A DNA stretch of 55,367 nt, taken from a virus. Numbering within the stretch: position 1 is the stretch's first letter; the number at the start of each line of letters is the position of its first letter. Under the pieces are notes generated by a model that was not told the DNA's origin, made no database searches, and was given only the letters and a program-made list of their open reading frames with translations. Made by a program: the position numbers and the translations under genes. Of this stretch, positions 44,961-51,011 are shown in pieces. Location of the stretch: the IMG/VR virus record IMGVR_UViG_3300020169_000001. One strand, 5' to 3'.

Positions 44961-44992
44961 TTGACATTCATGTCTAAACAAATAAAACTATA
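44961..44992 (+). promoter_or_regulatory. promoter-like element TTGACA-N15-ATAAAACTATA (twin of 1621-1652)
   Basis: Same boxes and spacing as the capsid-gene promoter. It overlaps the ATG at 44970. Confidence 0.5.
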
Positions 44993-45227
44993 CGCATCTG
45001 ATTCCGTATTAGAAGAGTTTTACTCTGCTTTAGCGTCAAATGATGTAAAAGCTTTCCAGCGTGTACATATTCCTCGTAGTGAAGTGTTTTACACTAGAGC
45101 ACACCTACAGGAAGTCTTCCCTGATAGAGAGTTAACCTTAGATTACGTAGAACGAATGATGTATTTAGAAGGTCTACTTGATCGTAAAGACGTACTAGAC
45201 CCCGATAGAGAGCGAGACTATGGCTAG
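44970..45227 (+). CDS. first rightward ORF, hypothetical
   Basis: 85 aa from ATG 44970 with no obvious RBS. It is overlapped by a promoter-like element. Confidence 0.35.
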   Translation: MSKQIKLYASDSVLEEFYSALASNDVKAFQRVHIPRSEVFYTRAHLQEVFPDRELTLDYVERMMYLEGLLDRKDVLDPDRERDYG

Positions 45228-45465
45228 AGACTACAAAAAAGAGTATGCTAACTACCAGGGTAAGCCTGCTCAGGTAAAGAAACGTGCATCTCGTAACTCT
45301 GCTCGTGCTAAACTCTCTGCTGGTGGTGCTGTTAGGAAGGGTGATGGCAAAGACGTACATCACAAGGATGGTAATCCTAAGAATAACAAGCGTTCTAACC
45401 TAGCAGTAACTACAAAGGCTAAGAACCGTAGTTTTCCTCGTAATAGCAGAGCAGGTAAAGCTTAA
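45220..45465 (+). CDS. small very basic protein with HNH-like HH..GN...N...NL motif
   Basis: KGDGKDVHHKDGNPKNNKRSNLAV in an 81-aa K/R-rich protein. Confidence 0.45.
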   Translation: MARDYKKEYANYQGKPAQVKKRASRNSARAKLSAGGAVRKGDGKDVHHKDGNPKNNKRSNLAVTTKAKNRSFPRNSRAGKA

Positions 45466-45743
45466 TGGCTGTAGAGTACAGAGGAGAGAAGTTTGCAGGT
45501 TACAACAAGCCCAAGCGTACTTCTAAACACCCGACTAAATCCCACGCCGTACTTGCCAAGGAAGGTGATACCATTAAGCTCATCCGCTTTGGTGAGCAGG
45601 GAGCATCCACAGCAGGCAAGCCTAAAGCGGGTGAATCTGATCGCATGAAGAAGAAACGTGCATCATTCAAAGCTAGACATGCAAAGAATATCAGTAAGGG
45701 CAAGATGAGTGCAGCTTACTGGGCAGATAAGGTGAAGTGGTAA
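45465..45743 (+). CDS. small basic conserved phage protein
   Basis: F.GYNKPKRT....K.HAVLAK.GD..K.IRFG......RHAKNISKGKMSAAYWADKVKW is a pattern I recall from marine phage and virus genomes. Function is unknown. Confidence 0.45.
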   Translation: MAVEYRGEKFAGYNKPKRTSKHPTKSHAVLAKEGDTIKLIRFGEQGASTAGKPKAGESDRMKKKRASFKARHAKNISKGKMSAAYWADKVKW

Positions 45744-45784
45744 TGGCTGCTCCTAAACCAACTAACATGAAGAAGAATAAGTAA
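45743..45784 (+). CDS. 13-codon micro-ORF (MAAPKPTNMKKNK) bridging two genes
   Basis: TAATG junctions at both ends tile it exactly between 45465..45743 and 45784..46089. Confidence 0.3.
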   Translation: MAAPKPTNMKKNK

Positions 45785-46089
45785 TGAAATACTACCATAA
45801 ATATAAAGAAGCACTGGAAGCTAAGGGCTACCGTGTAGATGAGCATGGCTACGTATGGGACACCATGGGTAATCAATCTGCTGGTGAAGACAACTATGGC
45901 AACGTTCAGAGCAAAGACCCTAACGTCAATGCTATTTGTCAGGAAGCAGACATTGTAGCTACTAAGCCTAAGAAGAAAGCTAAGAAAGCTACACCTCCTC
46001 CAGGTAAGAAACGTGCTCGTAACGCTAAAGGTCAACTCATTGCTGATGATCCTAACACCCCAGAGAATGAAGCGTGGGTTGACGAGTAA
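45784..46089 (+). CDS. hypothetical protein with K-rich tract
   Basis: 101-aa ORF. Confidence 0.4.
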   Translation: MKYYHKYKEALEAKGYRVDEHGYVWDTMGNQSAGEDNYGNVQSKDPNVNAICQEADIVATKPKKKAKKATPPPGKKRARNAKGQLIADDPNTPENEAWVDE

Positions 46090-46460
46090 TGGCTGTTACA
46101 TTATCTCACCAAGGTAGACCTGCTCGTAGGCGTTCTGTCTATGGGCATAATACTGGTACTACTACAGAGGATGTGTATACATGTCCTAATAACTGTGTCG
46201 CTGAGATAAGCTATCTTCACATCCATAACTCCTCAGGTAATACAAATATTACTATTGAGTGGTACGTAGCAGCTACTGCAACAAGCGCTGAATATACGTC
46301 ACACTTCTTAGAGGGTAAGAACTTAGGTGCAGGTGAATACATAACCTTTTCTGATATTGAGTTAGTACTTGCTGCTGGTGATAAGATACAAGTAACACCT
46401 GATACAGCAGCACACGTAGACACTATCCTAACTGTAACAGAGACCTTCTCTGGCGTATAA
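46089..46460 (+). CDS. beta-rich hypothetical protein
   Basis: 123-aa ORF with a TAATG junction. Confidence 0.4.
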   Translation: MAVTLSHQGRPARRRSVYGHNTGTTTEDVYTCPNNCVAEISYLHIHNSSGNTNITIEWYVAATATSAEYTSHFLEGKNLGAGEYITFSDIELVLAAGDKIQVTPDTAAHVDTILTVTETFSGV

Positions 46461-46560
46461 CGAATAGCGGGTATGCAAACTTAGTAGAGGTAAATAACGC
46501 TAACATATGTATAACTATGCAAGTCTAGCAATGATGCTGGGCATAACATAGGAAAATACA

Positions 46561-46731
46561 ATGTTCACACTTATTATTAAGACCTTCACAGACTTCTTAG
46601 CAAGCTTACAAAAGGCACAACAAGCACGTGCAGACTACTGGATCCTCACTAATATGTCAGACAAAGAACTGCATGACATCGGTATCGCACGGGGTGAAAT
46701 CCGCAATGTCGTGGCAGGGAACTTTAAATAA
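46561..46731 (+). CDS. DUF1127-like small protein (56 aa; below the ORF-track cutoff)
   Basis: MFTLIIKTFTDFLASLQKAQQARADYWILTNMSDKELHDIGIARGEIRNVVAGNFK. The L.NMSD.EL.DIGI.RG.I core is the DUF1127 signature. A GGAAAA RBS precedes it. Confidence 0.65.
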   Translation: MFTLIIKTFTDFLASLQKAQQARADYWILTNMSDKELHDIGIARGEIRNVVAGNFK

Positions 46732-46945
46732 TCTTGCATTTCTGGTTTGTATGAGTATAACTACTGCATGTAGTACTTCATCTGTGGTCTTACCTTCCTC
46801 TTGCCCGGCTAATGATGCCAAATGCCAACGGAACTTAGATGCACAAACTCTTACATACATCGGTCAGAAAGACGCCGCTCTACAGCTTATGTGCAGTGAC
46901 CCTGATCTCCGTGATGTTATTGGGGATGACTGCACAGGCGGGTGA
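46706..46945 (+). CDS. possible Cys-rich lipoprotein / exported peptide
   Basis: MSWQGTLNNLAFLVCMSITTAC|STSS... has a weak lipobox, and the mature part has 5 Cys. It overlaps both neighbours, and the start is uncertain. Confidence 0.35.
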   Translation: MSWQGTLNNLAFLVCMSITTACSTSSVVLPSSCPANDAKCQRNLDAQTLTYIGQKDAALQLMCSDPDLRDVIGDDCTGG

Positions 46946-47552
46946 TGTTACAGGTGACTTCTCTACGAGTAACGAGAACAGCACTGTAGACAGTAACAAC
47001 TCTGAGGAGACTGTAACTAACAACTACAACGCTACGGGTGCTGGTTCAGCTGCCCCTGTTATGTCAGCGATAGCTCCTACGATGATGGGTGGTGGCGGTA
47101 ACGATAGTTGCTTACTACCTAGCTCTACAGGGATACAGATAAGCGTCTTAGGTTTATCCTCTGGTAAGATGGAGCAGGATGAATCTTGTAACAGACGTAA
47201 GAACGCTAGGCTCTTAGGTGCACCACAGCAAGTAGGTGGCTTAGGGTTACAGGTATCAGCTATATCTGTATTGTGCCAAGACCCTATAGTGTTCCGCAGT
47301 ATGATGTTAGCGAATACCCCTTGCCCTATCAACGATAGTAAGACGGGTAAGCTGCTTATGGGGAAGGCAGCGATAAAGAAGTACAGAGAGAGTCCAGCGC
47401 TTTATATCGTTGGGTATGAGACAGATAAAGCGTTTTGGGATACCCTACTTAGGGTAGGAGAGGAAGACACAGATGAAGAGATCGTTGAAGACAATACTCC
47501 TAAGCTCAGCCTTAGTGAGCGTTTCCGCAGCAGTAAGCGCACAAGAGACTAA
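46839..47552 (+). CDS. secreted protein (Sec signal peptide)
   Basis: MHKLLHTSVRKTPLYSLCAVTLISVMLLGMTAQA|GD. The mature part is N/S/G-rich with 4 Cys and an acidic/basic tail. Confidence 0.5.
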   Translation: MHKLLHTSVRKTPLYSLCAVTLISVMLLGMTAQAGDVTGDFSTSNENSTVDSNNSEETVTNNYNATGAGSAAPVMSAIAPTMMGGGGNDSCLLPSSTGIQISVLGLSSGKMEQDESCNRRKNARLLGAPQQVGGLGLQVSAISVLCQDPIVFRSMMLANTPCPINDSKTGKLLMGKAAIKKYRESPALYIVGYETDKAFWDTLLRVGEEDTDEEIVEDNTPKLSLSERFRSSKRTRD

Positions 47553-48300
47553 CTACGAGCTAACTGGTCAAGAGAAGATTGACATGCTTATCGCTTCTAT
47601 TGGCGATATTCAGGATCGTATCACTAACAGTGGTGTTATGACTGTAGGTGCTGTAGGTTATGCTGCTATTGGTGGTGTGATTAACGATGATGCACTTAGT
47701 GAGGGTATTATTACCACAAATGAGCTAAGTGCATACCTAGAAGCTAAAGATCTTGTACTACAACATGACTATGCCATTGCTCAGACAGCTGAGCAGATGT
47801 TTATGCAGGAACATGCAGCGGCTATGAATAGCTTGAACACTGCAGTAGATAATCTTACTGCTGCTACAGCTGTAGTTATGACAGCAGTTGAGGTAGCTTC
47901 CGTAGCATCAGAGGCAGACACTAAGCCTGAGCAGGTTGAGCTACAAGGTATGCTTGAGACAGACGCATATAGATTAGACGCTGTTGAAGTTAACGAGTAT
48001 AACGAGGCAGTAACAGCTGTAGAGACTTTTGCACAACAAGCTGGTGCTTACATGGCTGCGGCTAATAACGATGAACTTACAGCATCTGTAGACAACTATG
48101 CTGCACAGGGTAACTACATGGTTGGTAGCTACACAGCTATCACATATACACAGGCTGTTGATGAGTTTGTTATCACTTGGGATGAGTCAGGCTTTGGTAC
48201 AGGCTTCCAGGGCTACTTGACACCTGAGATGAAGAATGCTACAGAGATTTACGCAGCAGGTGAATACATTAATCAGTATGGGGCAATGCCAACACAATGA
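47473..48300 (+). CDS. secreted protein (Sec signal peptide)
   Basis: MKRSLKTILLSSALVSVSAAVSA|QE, followed by an A/E-rich helical body. Confidence 0.55.
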   Translation: MKRSLKTILLSSALVSVSAAVSAQETNYELTGQEKIDMLIASIGDIQDRITNSGVMTVGAVGYAAIGGVINDDALSEGIITTNELSAYLEAKDLVLQHDYAIAQTAEQMFMQEHAAAMNSLNTAVDNLTAATAVVMTAVEVASVASEADTKPEQVELQGMLETDAYRLDAVEVNEYNEAVTAVETFAQQAGAYMAAANNDELTASVDNYAAQGNYMVGSYTAITYTQAVDEFVITWDESGFGTGFQGYLTPEMKNATEIYAAGEYINQYGAMPTQ

Positions 48301-48746
48301 TGGACTTTGAGTTTAGCGTAGGTGGATACAACATTAAGGGCTGGATGGTTGCTGTGGCACTTCCAGTTCTTTCTACAGTTGCAGGTGGTGTGTATTGGTC
48401 TTATGATACACTACAGCGTTTCTATGGTGTAGAAGCTGGTATTGCACAGGTTGCGGAGAATAGTGATTCATTCAACGCAAAAGCTGCGGAGCTTACCTCT
48501 CGTATCCAAACATTAGAGCAAGCTATACTTGACAATGATGTGCGTGGACTAAATACTAAGCTTGCACAGCTATCTACTAATATGACACAAATCTTAGAGC
48601 AACAGAAGGTGCTTTTAGACTTACGTAGTCAAGTAGATAAGGCTACAACTATTACAGATGGACTAGGCGATACGCTAAATACTCTACAGACAGAAGTAGA
48701 TGATATCTGGAAAGCGTATGACGAGCTAGTCGATAATCCCCTATAA
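48297..48746 (+). CDS. N-terminal TM plus coiled-coil protein (i-spanin-like topology)
   Basis: TM segment WMVAVALPVLSTVAGGVYW followed by about 100 aa of heptad-like sequence. I found no embedded lipoprotein ORF. Confidence 0.4.
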   Translation: MMDFEFSVGGYNIKGWMVAVALPVLSTVAGGVYWSYDTLQRFYGVEAGIAQVAENSDSFNAKAAELTSRIQTLEQAILDNDVRGLNTKLAQLSTNMTQILEQQKVLLDLRSQVDKATTITDGLGDTLNTLQTEVDDIWKAYDELVDNPL

Positions 48747-48756
48747 GGAATACATT

Positions 48757-49128
48757 ATGGCTAGAGTTCTTACAGAACAGCAACAGCGCTTCTTAGAGGT
48801 GCTCTTTGATGAGGCTGGTGGTGACGTGGTAGCAGCTAAGAAACTTGCAGGCTATGCTCCTGCTTCAAGCACAGCAGCTATTGTAGAATCTCTTAAAGAT
48901 GAGATTGGTGAGAAGACACGGACTTACTTTGCACGTACTGCACCCAAAGCAGCTATGGCAATGGTAGGCGCTCTGTCTGACCCTACTGAGTTAGGCATTA
49001 AAGAGAAGATGGTAGCAGCAAAAGACTTGCTAGATCGTGCAGGACTTGGTAAGGTAGACAAAGTAGACGTAACATCTGGCGGTGGAGGCATATTCTACCT
49101 GCCACCAAAAGAAGGTTCAAACGAATAG
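48757..49128 (+). CDS. terS: terminase small subunit-like DNA-binding protein
   Basis: The N-terminus LTEQQQRFLEVLFDEAGGDVVAAKKLAGYAP.S is a TerS-type HTH, followed by ...AAKDLLDRAGLGK. It lies upstream of terL. Confidence 0.55.
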   Translation: MARVLTEQQQRFLEVLFDEAGGDVVAAKKLAGYAPASSTAAIVESLKDEIGEKTRTYFARTAPKAAMAMVGALSDPTELGIKEKMVAAKDLLDRAGLGKVDKVDVTSGGGGIFYLPPKEGSNE

Positions 49129-49541
49129 TACCTGAGAGAGATTTAGGCTTCTGGCAGTTACCGTTACCGCCAAAAGATCACAACAAGAAGTGGCATACTA
49201 TAGTCAGGATAACAAGACGTATACCTTTTGGCTATAAACTGCACCCCGACAACGATAAGTTACTCGTACCCATTGAATCTGAGTTAGAAGCTTTAGAGCT
49301 TGCTAAACGACACCTTAAGCAGTATAGTTATCGTGCAGTAGCACACTGGTTAAGCAAAGAGACAGGCCGTGACATAGGCCACACAGGTTTAAAGAAAAGA
49401 GTTGAGATTGAGCAGAAACGTAGAAAAGCAGCTGCAATTAAGCGCAAGCTTGCCAAGTGGCTCAAAGAAACCCTTGAGGAAATCAAAAAACTTGAAACCC
49501 AAGGGGTCGGGGCATACGCAGAAATTGACAGAGACGGTTGA
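49125..49541 (+). CDS. ORF without canonical start codon (HTH/recombinase-domain-like product)
   Basis: The frame is open from 49053 to the TGA at 49539-49541, and I found no in-frame ATG/GTG/TTG. The product is protein-like: ...RRIPFGYKLHPDNDKLLVPIESELEALELAKRHLKQYSYRAVAHWLSKETGRDIGHTGLKKRV.... The nominal start is the ATA that overlaps the upstream TAG. Confidence 0.45.
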   Translation: MVPERDLGFWQLPLPPKDHNKKWHTIVRITRRIPFGYKLHPDNDKLLVPIESELEALELAKRHLKQYSYRAVAHWLSKETGRDIGHTGLKKRVEIEQKRRKAAAIKRKLAKWLKETLEEIKKLETQGVGAYAEIDRDG

Positions 49542-49614
49542 AGCAGTCGCCACCCCCAAAGTAGAGACTGTTCCTGCACAAGTCAAAGCACCTGAGTATG
49601 ATGTAGATGTGGCT

Positions 49615-51009
49615 ATGGATGTGGTTTTCAAGCCAAACCCCGGCCCCCAGACGCACTTTCTTAGTTCGTCAGAACGTGAGGTTCTCTATGGTGGCGCAGC
49701 TGGTGGTGGCAAATCCTACGCTATGTTAGCTGACCCGCTACATGGTTTAAACGATCCTAACTTTAGTGGCCTACTTGTACGTCACACAACAGAAGAACTA
49801 AGGGAACTAATACAAAAGTCTCAGGAGCTATACCCTCGTGCTATTCCGGGCATTAAATGGTCAGAGCGTAAGTCTCAGTGGATCTCACCTAGAGGTGGTC
49901 GCCTCTGGATGTCATACTTGGATAAGGATACAGATGTCACACGCTATCAGGGTCAGGCTTTTAACTGGATTGGATTTGACGAACTTACTCAATGGACTAC
50001 ACCTTACGCTTGGGATTATATGAGATCTCGCTTGAGATCTGCACATTCGTCAACTCTTGGTCTCTACATGAGAGCAACAACAAACCCCGGAGGAGCAGGA
50101 CATGCTTGGGTTAAGAAAATGTTTATTGACCCTGAAAGAGCAGGTAAAGCTTTTTGGGCAACGCATTTGGATTCTGGGGAAACTATTACCTTTCCTAAAG
50201 GGCATAGTAAAGAAGGTCAGCCTCTATTTAAGCGGCGTTTTATTCCCGCCTCTCTATTTGATAATCCGTACTTATCTGACTCTGGCGACTATGAAGCGAT
50301 GCTTCTCTCTCTGCCGGAGCATCAGCGTAAGCAGTTACTTGAAGGTAACTGGGATATTAATGAAGGTGCCGCTTTTCCAGAGTTTGACAGAAAGATACAT
50401 GTCGTGGACTCATTTGAGATACCTGACTCTTGGGCAAAGTTTAGGGCTTGCGATTACGGTTATGGTAGTTACACTGGTGTTCTCTGGTTTGCTGTAGCTC
50501 CTGATGAACAAGTAATTGTGTACCGTGAGATGTATGTATCTAAAGTTACAGCTTCTGACTTAGCAGATTTGATATTGGAAGCAGAAGCAAGAGATGGTAC
50601 AATGAGATACGGGGTGCTGGATAGTTCTTTATGGCACAACCGTGGCGACACTGGACCTAGCTTGGCAGAGCAGATGAACATGAAGGGTTGTCGTTGGCGT
50701 CCCTCTGATCGGTCAAGAGGTTCACGTGTCGCAGGTAAGAACGAAATACATAGGCGTTTAAAGGTGGATGAGTTCACTGAAAAGCCTCAACTAGTGTTTA
50801 TGAGTAACTGTACAAACACGATAGCACAGATTCCTAGTATTCCTCTGGACAAGAAAAACCCAGAAGATGTTGATACTCACGCAGAGGATCACTTGTATGA
50901 CGCTCTAAGATACGGTATTATGACACGTCCACGTAGCAGCATATGGGACTTTAACCCAGCAAAACAACGCACTGGTTTTCAAGCTAGTGATCCACAATTC
51001 GGGTATTGA
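49615..51009 (+). CDS. terL: terminase large subunit
   Basis: Walker A at GGAAGGGKS, Walker B at WIGFDE, ATTNPGG, and nuclease acidic residues (ACDYGYG, EDHLYDALRY). The start is uncertain: ATG 49615, or TTG 49525; the track start at 49402 is unlikely. Confidence 0.85.
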   Translation: MDVVFKPNPGPQTHFLSSSEREVLYGGAAGGGKSYAMLADPLHGLNDPNFSGLLVRHTTEELRELIQKSQELYPRAIPGIKWSERKSQWISPRGGRLWMSYLDKDTDVTRYQGQAFNWIGFDELTQWTTPYAWDYMRSRLRSAHSSTLGLYMRATTNPGGAGHAWVKKMFIDPERAGKAFWATHLDSGETITFPKGHSKEGQPLFKRRFIPASLFDNPYLSDSGDYEAMLLSLPEHQRKQLLEGNWDINEGAAFPEFDRKIHVVDSFEIPDSWAKFRACDYGYGSYTGVLWFAVAPDEQVIVYREMYVSKVTASDLADLILEAEARDGTMRYGVLDSSLWHNRGDTGPSLAEQMNMKGCRWRPSDRSRGSRVAGKNEIHRRLKVDEFTEKPQLVFMSNCTNTIAQIPSIPLDKKNPEDVDTHAEDHLYDALRYGIMTRPRSSIWDFNPAKQRTGFQASDPQFGY

Positions 51010-51011
51010 TT

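Noticed and set aside
46628-46705. ORF-track start (46628) of the Cys-rich exported peptide
   Set aside because: That segment lies fully inside the better-supported DUF1127-like gene in another frame. The internal ATG 46706 gives a signal-peptide-like N-terminus.
49402-49614. N-terminal extension of terL given by the ORF track (TTG 49402)
   Set aside because: It overlaps the protein-like start-less ORF in another frame, and its translation (MRLSRNVEKQLQLSASLPSGSKK...) is not terminase-like. Conserved TerL sequence begins near ATG 49615.
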